From: an uncultured archaeon
Lineage (GTDB): Archaea > Iainarchaeota > Iainarchaeia > Iainarchaeales > GCA-2688035
Length of the DNA: 64,000 nt
NCBI GenBank assembly: GCA_964354805.1
Contig: CAYHBD010000010.1
Span: forward strand, 8,420 to 72,419
Direction of reading: 5' to 3'
Shown here: positions 55,878 through 64,000 of the stretch, one piece after another
Position numbering within the stretch: position 1 is the first letter of the stretch
How the letters are laid out: each line of letters begins with the position of its first letter
Position numbers and translations under genes: made by a program
Notes under the pieces: model-generated
What the model saw: only the letters and a program-made list of their open reading frames with translations
Database searches by the model: none
What the model was told of the DNA's origin: nothing

Positions 55878-56030
55878 GCCCCGATAGTGTAGCCCGGCTA
55901 AGCACACGGGCCTTTCAACACAGCTTTTCTTTTAGAAAAAGAAAAGCTGTATCAAAAGAAAACAGCTTCGCATGAAAAAGCTGTAGCATGAAGAAAGCCT
56001 GTAACCCGGGTTCAAATCCCGGTCGGGGCA
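55878..56030 (+). tRNA. tRNA-Glu(TTC) with 78-nt intron at 37/38 (55918-55995)
   Basis: GCCCCGA/TCGGGGC+A; CGGGC-CTTTCA|A-GCCTG; GGTTCAAATCC; CTTT/GAAG central helix. Confidence 0.92.
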
Positions 56031-56993
56031 TTATTTTTTATCTTCCGCAAAAAGGCTGCTGATGCTCTCGTTGTTGTGGATTCTTTTTATTGCTTCGGCA
56101 AGCAAATCGCTTACATCCATTACCTCGAGCTTTTTGCTCTTGTTCTTTTCCTGCGGAATGCTGTTGCTCACAATCACTTTGTCTATTTCGCTTTCCTCAA
56201 TTCTCTGCAATGCGTTTCCTGAGAAAATGCCGTGGGTGGCGCATACTGTCGCGCTTGTTGCACCCGCTTTTTTCACAGCCTCTGCTGCAGCGCAGATTGT
56301 GCCTCCTGTGTCAATCATGTCCTCAAACATAATGCAGTCCTTTCCCTCAACATCTCCGATTAAGTGCGCTGCTTCCGCAACGCCCGGCTTTGGCCTTCTC
56401 TTATTAACAATTGCCAGATCAATGCCAAGCAGCCTCGCAGCCTTTGTTGCTTTCTTCGCGCTGCCTGCATCAGGCGCGAGGATAATTGGGTTCTTGAATT
56501 TCTTTTCTTTAACAAGCTTAATGAACTTTGGCTGGGCTGTAAGGAAATCAACCGGAATGTTGAAAAAGCCCTGAATCTGCTCCGAGTGCAAATCCAGCGC
56601 AATTACCCTGTCTGCACCTGCTTTTGTAAGCAAATCGGCAACCAATTTTGCTGTAATCGGTTCCCTGCTTGCAGCCTTCCAATCCTGCCGCGCATAGGCA
56701 TAGTGTGCAATAACAGGAGTTACCCTTGCAGCTGAAGCCCTTTTCGCTGCATCAAGCATTATAAGCAATTCCATCAGGCAGTCGTTAATTTGGCCGTGCA
56801 TGCTCTGGACAAGGAAAACATCTCTGCCCCTGATGTTGTCAAGAAAGCGCGCGTAGCTTTCTCCGTTGTTGAATTTCTTTAAATCAATTGCGCCAAGCTG
56901 CATGCCAAGGTATTTTGCTATTGCGCCTGCAAGTGCAGGGTGGCTGCTTCCGCTGAAAATCATTATCTCATGGTCTTTCAAACAGGGCACCAA
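56031..56993 (-). CDS. prs: Ribose-phosphate pyrophosphokinase
   Basis: FNNGE, YARQD, DLHSEQIQGFF, PDAG, EDMIDTGGT. Confidence 0.95.
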   Translation of the reverse strand: MVPCLKDHEIMIFSGSSHPALAGAIAKYLGMQLGAIDLKKFNNGESYARFLDNIRGRDVFLVQSMHGQINDCLMELLIMLDAAKRASAARVTPVIAHYAYARQDWKAASREPITAKLVADLLTKAGADRVIALDLHSEQIQGFFNIPVDFLTAQPKFIKLVKEKKFKNPIILAPDAGSAKKATKAARLLGIDLAIVNKRRPKPGVAEAAHLIGDVEGKDCIMFEDMIDTGGTICAAAEAVKKAGATSATVCATHGIFSGNALQRIEESEIDKVIVSNSIPQEKNKSKKLEVMDVSDLLAEAIKRIHNNESISSLFAEDKK

Positions 56994-57033
56994 AAGAAAA
57001 AGAAAGGGAATTTGTTTAAAAGGATAATTGTTG

Positions 57034-57381
57034 CTAGCAGAAAAGGAAGGTGAAAGTTATTAGGAAGAAAATTAGCAGTTTTGAGCTGTGCTTTTCCAAA
57101 GCAGTTCCGGAAATGAAAACAAGCAATGGCATCTTGAACAGCATCCAAACAAACATGTTTCCCCTGGTAAAAGAGGTTTTTCCCGAGAGGGCAAAGAAAT
57201 CAAACAAAGCGTACAGCATTCCCATCAAAAAAATAAAGCCAGGGAATATCTTGGCTTTCTCGCCCTTTGTTATTACAAAGTACGCAACCATTGCAAAAAC
57301 CCAGTGCAGGTTGCCCAGAAACAGCTGTGTCCACCAGCCGATGTCAAAGGCAAACAACCTTGTCAAGCACTCAAAAAGCAT
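57034..57381 (-). CDS. Small membrane protein
   Basis: Hydrophobic; AGGTGA RBS. Confidence 0.65.
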   Translation of the reverse strand: MLFECLTRLFAFDIGWWTQLFLGNLHWVFAMVAYFVITKGEKAKIFPGFIFLMGMLYALFDFFALSGKTSFTRGNMFVWMLFKMPLLVFISGTALEKHSSKLLIFFLITFTFLFC

Positions 57382-57438
57382 ACTTTTTCACCTGTTCACT
57401 ATTAATAATTACTTTCTCCTGGGTTATTAAGCGAAAAG

Positions 57439-57457
57439 TGCAGTGGCTACTACTGCA
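57439..57457. promoter_or_regulatory. Palindromic operator candidate upstream of the TrmB-like gene
   Basis: tgcagt-ggctact-actgca. Confidence 0.4.
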
Positions 57458-57498
57458 AAAACAGCAGGTTTTTATAGTAGTTTGAATACAGTTATTTT

Positions 57499-58224
57499 AT
57501 GGGCGAAGAGGAAATACTGCAGCAGATCGGGTTCAGCCCGAACGAGGCAAAGGTTTACTTGGCGCTGCTTAACTTGGGCAAGGCCGGCGCAAGGCAGCTG
57601 ATTCAGAAAACAGGCTTGTATAGTGCGAATGTTTACGAGGCATTAGAGAAACTGCAAAGCAGGGGCTTTGCCGGCAGCATTGAAGAGGGAAAGAAGCGCT
57701 TCTTTCAGGCAAGCAGCCCGATGCAGTTGCTTTCGATTTTGAGGGAAAGGCAGGAGCAATTGCAGGGCGTTCTGCCAAAGCTGCTTGCTGTGCATGTCAG
57801 GCAGGTGGAAAACCAGGAGGCAACAGTGCTGAGGGGCAAAGAGGGATACAGGGCATTGTTGGAGGATATTCTTGCTGAGAGAAAGGATTACTATGTTTTG
57901 GGCGGTGTTGGAAAAAGCTTCCAGCTTTTGCCTGTTTTTATGCCGAAATTCATGCAGGAAAGGGCTAGGCAAAGGATTTGGAGAACCCTTCTTTTCAATG
58001 AGTTTGCAAGGGGCAGTGAGCAGGCAAAGAAAAGGCCTTACAGTAGGATTCGCTTTCTTCCGCCAGAGATGATAAGCCCTGCAACAATTTTTATTTACGG
58101 TGAAAAAACAGCGATTGGCATTATTGAAGAGGATAATAGCTTTATGCTGCTGGTGAAAAACAGGCGGGTTGCTGAAAGCTTCATGGCTTACTTCAAGGCA
58201 TTGTGGGAAATCGCGAAGGAATAG
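57499..58224 (+). CDS. TrmB-family transcriptional regulator
   Basis: GFSPNEAKVYLALL..NVYEALEKL; IYGEKT; YFKALW. Confidence 0.9.
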   Translation: MGEEEILQQIGFSPNEAKVYLALLNLGKAGARQLIQKTGLYSANVYEALEKLQSRGFAGSIEEGKKRFFQASSPMQLLSILRERQEQLQGVLPKLLAVHVRQVENQEATVLRGKEGYRALLEDILAERKDYYVLGGVGKSFQLLPVFMPKFMQERARQRIWRTLLFNEFARGSEQAKKRPYSRIRFLPPEMISPATIFIYGEKTAIGIIEEDNSFMLLVKNRRVAESFMAYFKALWEIAKE

Positions 58225-58318
58225 CTGCCAAATAGCTTTATAAAAATTTGTCTTTTCCAATTAATCATATACCTGGGTTTTTTTCTTGTTTTTTGGTTTG
58301 GGCGAGGTGAGCAAAAGT

Positions 58319-59593
58319 ATGGCAATTGAAATTAGAAAGGTTGGGGCAAGGCAGGTTTGGGATTCGAGGGGCATTCCGACAATTGAATGCGATCTGGTTA
58401 CTGAAAAAGGCTGTTTTAGAGGTATGGTGCCTAGCGGGACAAGCGCAGGCGAGCATGAGGCTTTGGAGCTGAGGGATGGCGGGAAAAAATTCAAGGGAAA
58501 AGGGGTTGATAAGGCAGTAAGGAATGTTAATCAGCCTATTGCAAAGGCAATTGCCGGAAAACGCTTCAATGATTTAAGGGAATTGGACAAGCGGTTGATT
58601 GAATTGGATGCAACCGAGAATAAAAGCAGCCTTGGTGCAAACGCTATTTTGAGCGTTTCAATTGCAGGGTGCAGGGCTTTTGCTGCCCAGCAGCAGGCTG
58701 AATTGTTTGAATACATTGCCAGCATATCCGATGGCGGGAAACTGGCGCTGCCCATTCCGCAGATTGTTGTTATTGAGGGCGGAAAGCATGCGCATAAATC
58801 AACTGATTTGCAGGAGTTCATGGTTGTTCCGCATGGATTCAAGTACTTTAGGGAAGCGCTTGAGGCAGGGGTTTCTGTTTACCATTCGATAAAGGAAGAA
58901 TTGAAAGAGCAGGGCTTCCATACAAATGTGGGGAAGGAGGGGGCTTTTGCGCCAACCTTGAGCAAAAACGAGAAGGCATTTGATTTGATGATTAAGGGGA
59001 TTGAGGAAGCTGGGTATGCGCCTAAAAAGGAAGTGTCACTTGCGCTTGATTCAGCTGCTTCCGAGTTCTACAGCAACGGCCAGTATATGCTGAAAACAGA
59101 GAACAAAAACCTTTCGGGCAGCGAAATGGTTGACTATTACGCAAGGGTGGTTGAATCATACCCGATTGCTTCAATTGAAGACGGCATGGATGAAAACGAC
59201 TGGCAGGGATGGAGCGAACTGACAAAAAGAATCGGTAAAAAAGTCATGGTAATCGGCGATGACCTTACAGTGACAAACACAAAGAGAATCCAGAAAGCGA
59301 TTGCGGAGAAGGCAATCAACTCAGTCCTTATTAAAATAAACCAGATTGGCTCGATAAGCGAAACAATTGACGCAATGAACCTTTGCAAGAAAGCAGGCTT
59401 CTCTTCGGTTGTATCGCACAGGAGCGGCGAAACAGAGGACACATTCATTGCTGATTTGGTTGTAGGGTCGGGCAATGGCTGGTGCAAATTCGGCGCGCCA
59501 GCGAGAAGCGAAAGAACATCAAAATACAACCAATTGCTGAGAATAGAGGAAGCATTAGGCGAAAAGGCTGCTTTCGCTGGAAAAAATTACTGA
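58319..59593 (+). CDS. eno: Enolase
   Basis: DSRGIPT, PSGTSAGEHEALELRD, LIKINQIG, SHRSGETED, RSERTSKYNQLLRIEE. Confidence 0.96.
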   Translation: MAIEIRKVGARQVWDSRGIPTIECDLVTEKGCFRGMVPSGTSAGEHEALELRDGGKKFKGKGVDKAVRNVNQPIAKAIAGKRFNDLRELDKRLIELDATENKSSLGANAILSVSIAGCRAFAAQQQAELFEYIASISDGGKLALPIPQIVVIEGGKHAHKSTDLQEFMVVPHGFKYFREALEAGVSVYHSIKEELKEQGFHTNVGKEGAFAPTLSKNEKAFDLMIKGIEEAGYAPKKEVSLALDSAASEFYSNGQYMLKTENKNLSGSEMVDYYARVVESYPIASIEDGMDENDWQGWSELTKRIGKKVMVIGDDLTVTNTKRIQKAIAEKAINSVLIKINQIGSISETIDAMNLCKKAGFSSVVSHRSGETEDTFIADLVVGSGNGWCKFGAPARSERTSKYNQLLRIEEALGEKAAFAGKNY

Positions 59594-60207
59594 AAATCCC
59601 TTTCCAATTGCAACCTTTTCATAGAAATAGATTCTTTTTTGCTTCGCAACCCGGCTTTTGCATATAACAGCTCTGCTGTCATGTAAAGGTTTGAAACAGT
59701 TCCCACAAAGGCATCTCTCTTTTTCCGTTTTTTTATTCTTCGAACTTTTCCATTAAATTCTATTGCCTTTGATTCAAAAAATTGAGCAACAACACCGCAC
59801 TCCTTTTTCGGTATCTTTTTAGGCAATTCTAAAAATGTATCAACAAAATCCCATTTTTTGCCACTTCGCAGCAAAGACTCGGCTCTACTAATATAGCCTT
59901 TTGTCCTTGCGCTTAATTGAATCTTTTTTGGCTTTATGGCACTTGGTTTTGGCTCAAGAATAATTTTTTGCCTTGCAGCATCAATTACCGCAAATGGTTC
60001 AGGGTTTCTTGCTTTTGCAGCCCTGTTCAAAAGAGAAGTAAGCGCATACATTCTTTGCCTCGTGCCTTTACCTTTAGTAAAATAAAGAGCAGCTGCAATA
60101 GCTTCTCTGGCTTGCCCAACTGTTTCAATCGGCGCAAGATTTGCCCCAAAGGAAGGAACAGGCCTTTTCTTCTTTCCCCTAAAAGAAGGCAAAATATTTT
60201 TGACCAT
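59587..60207 (-). CDS. Basic orphan protein
   Basis: MVKNILPSFRGKKKRP; K/R-rich. Confidence 0.6.
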   Translation of the reverse strand: MVKNILPSFRGKKKRPVPSFGANLAPIETVGQAREAIAAALYFTKGKGTRQRMYALTSLLNRAAKARNPEPFAVIDAARQKIILEPKPSAIKPKKIQLSARTKGYISRAESLLRSGKKWDFVDTFLELPKKIPKKECGVVAQFFESKAIEFNGKVRRIKKRKKRDAFVGTVSNLYMTAELLYAKAGLRSKKESISMKRLQLERDFQ

Positions 60208-60365
60208 AGCGCACCAAAATAAATTGGTTTCAGCCAGTATTTAATCATTTCCCTATCGCATTCCTGCCCCAAAAGGCAATAATGGGCAAGGCAGGAATTG
60301 CCTTAAATTAACTGTATTCAGTGAAACAGTTAGGTTTATATATAACTTCGGCAGCAATTATTATT

Positions 60366-60746
60366 ATGAAGGCAGCTTGGTTTTTTGGGCTTGCTTTAAT
60401 GTTCTTTCTAGCTTCTAATGCAAGCGCCTGCGGTTATGGATATGGCTGCACAGGCAGCTATAGCCCTTTGCATTACCCAAACAACTATTACTACAATTAT
60501 TACTTTGACTACGGCTATTATGGCAATGCATATTATACGCCGGCATACTATTCAAACCCAGCATATTATGTTCCGGCATATGATTCATATCCAGCAAATT
60601 ATTCCTATTACAGTTATTACGAAACTCCGAATTACTGGTATTATCCTAGCCCAAGCGTGTACTACTATACGCCTTATTACGGCTACTACGACTACAGCTC
60701 TTACTACTTTGAGCCAGGATTCTATTTCAGCATGGGCTGGAACTGA
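60366..60746 (+). CDS. Secreted Tyr-rich low-complexity protein
   Basis: Signal peptide ending ASA; mature part roughly one-third Tyr. Confidence 0.65.
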   Translation: MKAAWFFGLALMFFLASNASACGYGYGCTGSYSPLHYPNNYYYNYYFDYGYYGNAYYTPAYYSNPAYYVPAYDSYPANYSYYSYYETPNYWYYPSPSVYYYTPYYGYYDYSSYYFEPGFYFSMGWN

Positions 60747-61074
60747 AGGAAAGCCTTTTTAAATACTTTTTCCCTTTAATTTCTCTTGTAATTCTATTCT
60801 ATTTCGTGACTGGTTATGAGCAAGAGAAGCAGGGACAGCAGCAGGTTCAAGAAGACAAGGGCAAGGCAGCGCTGGAAATGGAAGAAGAAAAAAATGCGGA
60901 GAAAGAAGAGAAAGAAGCGCTACCTGAAGCAGAGGGCCAGAGGATAAAAGCAAAAGTAAGGCAGGGGCTGAAGGTTTTTTTCCCGAGGCAGAGGGCCGGA
61001 GAATAAAAGCAAATTGAATGACCGGACATGCCAAAATTTTTGCTGTTAAGCTTTAAGCATGGCCAAAGAAGTGC

Positions 61075-61968
61075 TTAAAAAATCGGCACAAAGTATATCA
61101 GTATAAACCCGATTATGAAGCCAAGGTAATGCAGGTATATTACCCTGTACATTTTGCGCATGTCAATTTCCTGCGGCCTCTTAAGGGCTGTTTTGTACAG
61201 GGGCGCTGGCAAAAGCATTGCAATTCCAAGCAATAGATAGCGCAATGGCAGAATGGTGAAGCAGGCCGCAATGTAGGACAAGGCGCCGACCAGCAGGAAA
61301 AAGTACGCTGTCCATTTCAGCTTTTTCTCTCCAAACAGCACAACACTGCTTCTTAAGCCAAGTAACTGCTCATGCCCTTTTGAGGACATCCTGTACAGGC
61401 CAAAGCCGCCGAACTGAACTCCCAGAATAAAGAGCAGTATAAGCAAAGGCGCATTGAATGCAGGCACAAACAAAACCCAGCCGGCATAGAACCTGAAAAC
61501 AGGGTTAACCAGCGAACCGCTTATCAAATCAACAACAGGCCTCTTTTTCAAACTGAAAGGCGGCATTGTGTACATCAGCTGGTTTATGGCCATTACTGCA
61601 ATGCAAAGCAAAAACAAAAAACCGGCATTCAGATAGAATGCAATCAAAAAACCAGATGCAATTAATGCAATTGAAAAAACAAGCCCAGCAGCAGGCGGAA
61701 TTGCACCGCTTGCAATCGGCCTGCGCTTTTTTACGGGGTGCAAAGCATCGGCCATCCTGTCTGTGTAATCATTCAAAGCATACAGGCCGCCCCACAACAA
61801 GGCAACAGCAGCAAAGCCGAACAAAAAAAGAAACAAATCCAATTTAACATCAGCTGGGAAAACAAAAGAAGCTGTTATTGCCGCAATAGCCATGTTGCCG
61901 AAGCTCTTGCTCCATTCAGCTGGCCTGGTCAGGCGCAGCAAGCCCAAAAGAAAATGTGCCAATTTCAT
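61075..61968 (-). CDS. UbiA-family prenyltransferase
   Basis: RPAEW, LNDYTDRMADALHPVKKRRPIASG, YTMPPFSLK. Confidence 0.88.
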   Translation of the reverse strand: MKLAHFLLGLLRLTRPAEWSKSFGNMAIAAITASFVFPADVKLDLFLFLFGFAAVALLWGGLYALNDYTDRMADALHPVKKRRPIASGAIPPAAGLVFSIALIASGFLIAFYLNAGFLFLLCIAVMAINQLMYTMPPFSLKKRPVVDLISGSLVNPVFRFYAGWVLFVPAFNAPLLILLFILGVQFGGFGLYRMSSKGHEQLLGLRSSVVLFGEKKLKWTAYFFLLVGALSYIAACFTILPLRYLLLGIAMLLPAPLYKTALKRPQEIDMRKMYRVIYLHYLGFIIGFILIYFVPIF

Positions 61969-62026
61969 GTAGCTAAAATAAAGTGAAAACGAGTTTAAAA
62001 GAATTGCCCTGCATTTTATTTCTTTT

Positions 62027-62728
62027 ATGCAAAAGCCGATTGTTTCAATTGTTGTTCCAACTTTGAACGAGGAAAAATTCATTGGGCAATGCCTGCAGTC
62101 ATTGCATAACCAGACAGTTGCAAGGGAAAGCTATGAGATAATTGTAAGCGACAGCAGCAGCACTGATGCAACTGTTCAAATTGCAAAAAAATACGCTGAT
62201 AAAATTGTTGTATGCAAAAGGCATTCGGCTGGCTTTGGAAGGAATTTCGGGGCAAGGCACGCAAACAGCGAACTGCTCGGCTTTGTTGACGCTGACACAA
62301 TTGTGGAAAAAAACTGGGTTGCTGCACTGATAGAGGGATTGGACAAGGGAATTGCCTGCACTGGGTCGATTTCTGCGCTTGAAAAGGACAGTTTGAAGCT
62401 CAGGCTGTTCTACAGATGGTGGGGCCTGCAGTCAAGGCTGTCAGTAATGGCACGTTACCCTATTTTTCCTGGGTTCAATTTTGGCGTGAGAAAAAAAGAA
62501 TTTGACAGAGTTGGCGGTTTCTCGACAAGGGACATTACAACAGAGGACATTGAGCTTGGGCAAAAGCTGAAAAATTCCGGAAAAGTGGCTTTCAGCAAAA
62601 AAATGGCTGTCCACACATCAACAAGAAGGCTGCGCCAAATTCCATTGCATGCATATGTTTGGAATGGGCTGGGCTTTATTTTGTTCAAAAAAAGTTGGAC
62701 CTGGCAAGACCATAGGAAAGATTTTTAG
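62027..62728 (+). CDS. Glycosyltransferase family 2
   Basis: VSIVVPTLNEE, GRNFGA, FVDADT, EDIEL, TSTRR. Confidence 0.92.
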   Translation: MQKPIVSIVVPTLNEEKFIGQCLQSLHNQTVARESYEIIVSDSSSTDATVQIAKKYADKIVVCKRHSAGFGRNFGARHANSELLGFVDADTIVEKNWVAALIEGLDKGIACTGSISALEKDSLKLRLFYRWWGLQSRLSVMARYPIFPGFNFGVRKKEFDRVGGFSTRDITTEDIELGQKLKNSGKVAFSKKMAVHTSTRRLRQIPLHAYVWNGLGFILFKKSWTWQDHRKDF

Positions 62729-62756
62729 GTGCTTAAAGAAGGGAAAAAAGCTTTTT

Positions 62757-63800
62757 CTATAAAAATTTCAGGTAATTGAAAACAGTTGATTTATCTGTGA
62801 GCAAAAGGCTCATTTCAACGTAACAATTCAGATAGCACCTTTGCCTATGCGGACAGAATTCTGCTTTCTTTCGCATTTCATCAGCCTCTCTTGAAAACCA
62901 CAATTGCCTGACAGGCTTTTCTCTAATTGAGCCAATTGTCGATTCTTCTATGCCGCCATCCGGAAGGCAGAGGCTGCCGCAAGGGAATATTATTCTGCCG
63001 CTCGGCGCCAATTCAAGCATAAACCTTGCTACCCTGCAATCCCACTGCAGCCTGTCTCTGATTATTTTCAGGAAACTCAGGCTATTAAGAATTGGGGCGC
63101 CTTTCTTCTTAAGCAAAATCAGCTCATCAATTGTTTGCCTAAACTCTGCCTCCTTTCCATTCAAACTCAGCCAAGCAGGGGTTACCTTTCCTTCAATTAC
63201 AGGCTGGCAACTAATAGTGCAATTGTTTTCCTCAGCAAACCGCACCAAAGGAACTATTTGCTTGAGATTGGCTCCGTTGATTACAGTGTTGATGTCAACC
63301 CTCAACCCCTTTTGTTTTGACGCAAGCTCAATCGCAGAGACTATTTTGCTGTGCAAACGCTTTTCATTCAAGCCCCTTATTTTCGCGTGAGTTTCATCCA
63401 AAGCATCCAACGAAATCCCGACATGGTCAAGGTAAGGCAGAATTTCAGGCAATCTTTTTTCAAAAAGCAAACCGTTTGTGGTAAGGCTGTTCAACAGCCC
63501 GATTTTTTTGCTGTACTGCATTATTTCAGGCAGATCTCTCCTAAGCAAAGGCTCACCGCCGCTGATGCCGTAAATAACCGAACCGATTTTTTTGCACTGA
63601 TCCAAAAAAGAAAAAATTTCCTCGGCTGACAGCTCAGCCTCCTTTTGCTTTTCCCTCCAAAAACTGCAATAATTGCAGCGCATATTGCATTTCAGGGTAA
63701 CAACATGGGAAATAAAAAAAGGGGCCGGAACACCAACCTGGTTCAGCAAATAGGAGCGCAAAGCCCTGTAATAAGTTGGCAAAAGCATAACAGTACCCAC
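62757..63800 (-). CDS. Radical SAM protein with C-terminal auxiliary Cys cluster
   Basis: CNMRCNYC, GGEPLLR, TNG, ISLD; C..PC..C..C..C tail. Confidence 0.9.
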   Translation of the reverse strand: MGTVMLLPTYYRALRSYLLNQVGVPAPFFISHVVTLKCNMRCNYCSFWREKQKEAELSAEEIFSFLDQCKKIGSVIYGISGGEPLLRRDLPEIMQYSKKIGLLNSLTTNGLLFEKRLPEILPYLDHVGISLDALDETHAKIRGLNEKRLHSKIVSAIELASKQKGLRVDINTVINGANLKQIVPLVRFAEENNCTISCQPVIEGKVTPAWLSLNGKEAEFRQTIDELILLKKKGAPILNSLSFLKIIRDRLQWDCRVARFMLELAPSGRIIFPCGSLCLPDGGIEESTIGSIREKPVRQLWFSREADEMRKKAEFCPHRQRCYLNCYVEMSLLLTDKSTVFNYLKFL

Positions 63801-63859
63801 AATAAAAAAGGGTGCATAAATTTATTTATGTTCTTGCTATAACAAAAAAACAAAGGAGC

Positions 63860-64000
63860 CGTGACATCCTCCCCGCCCTAAAGGGCGGGGCTTCCCTGGA
63901 TGAACTCCTGAATACTCAGCTGGTGGATATCCCATTGCCTTCGCACATATGCTCTGGCTGTTTCTGAGTCCACGCTCACCGTTCTTGAAAACTTGCCTGG
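63860..64000 (-). mobile_element. IS200/IS605-family element end (continues outside window)
   Basis: Subterminal hairpin ccccgccc-taaa-gggcgggg at 63871-63890 overlapping the tnpA stop. Confidence 0.8.
63878..64000 (-). CDS. tnpA: IS200/IS605 TnpA (Y1 HUH transposase), C-terminal part
   Basis: PGKFSRTVSVDSETARAYVRRQ (catalytic YxxxQ helix). Confidence 0.75.
   Translation of the reverse strand, partial: PGKFSRTVSVDSETARAYVRRQWDIHQLSIQEFIQGSPAL

Noticed and set aside
60759-61034. Overlapping short ORFs between the Tyr-rich gene and UbiA
   Set aside because: Cannot choose a frame; no motif or clear start signal

Overview
64 kb of an archaeal chromosome. The evidence is archaeal TyrRS, FEN1, aMBF1, eL40, DGGGP synthase, BHB-type tRNA introns and TATA/BRE promoters. 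Gene content and style suggest a DPANN archaeon, probably Iainarchaeota/Diapherotrites (inference). The backbone carries purA, guaB, prs, eno, ftsZ, an ECF transporter, copA and a thiM-thiE-thiC-thiL operon. Main accessory signals: (1) a ~10.9 kb element integrated at the 3' end of tRNA-Ser(GCT), bounded by an 11-bp direct repeat at 12480 and 23362. It encodes a tyrosine integrase, an AEP primase, a helicase, a putative packaging ATPase, small membrane proteins and a histone-fold protein with a coiled-coil tail. (2) All four tRNA genes carry introns (5 introns). Three are long and built from palindromic AAGCCTTT..AAAG(G/C)CTTGGG-type modules that also occur free in intergenic DNA. (3) A sigma70-like (regions 2+4) protein. 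(4) Scattered Arg/Lys-leader orphan genes, several bracketed by degenerate duplications of neighbouring promoters or gene ends. (5) An AT-richer sugar isomerase/aldolase/methyltransferase/Maf island beside IS66 and IS630 remnants. (6) A 1963-aa surface protein with a HExxH domain and a Cys-to-Ser papain-like domain. All calls come from reading the sequence by eye; no searches were run.
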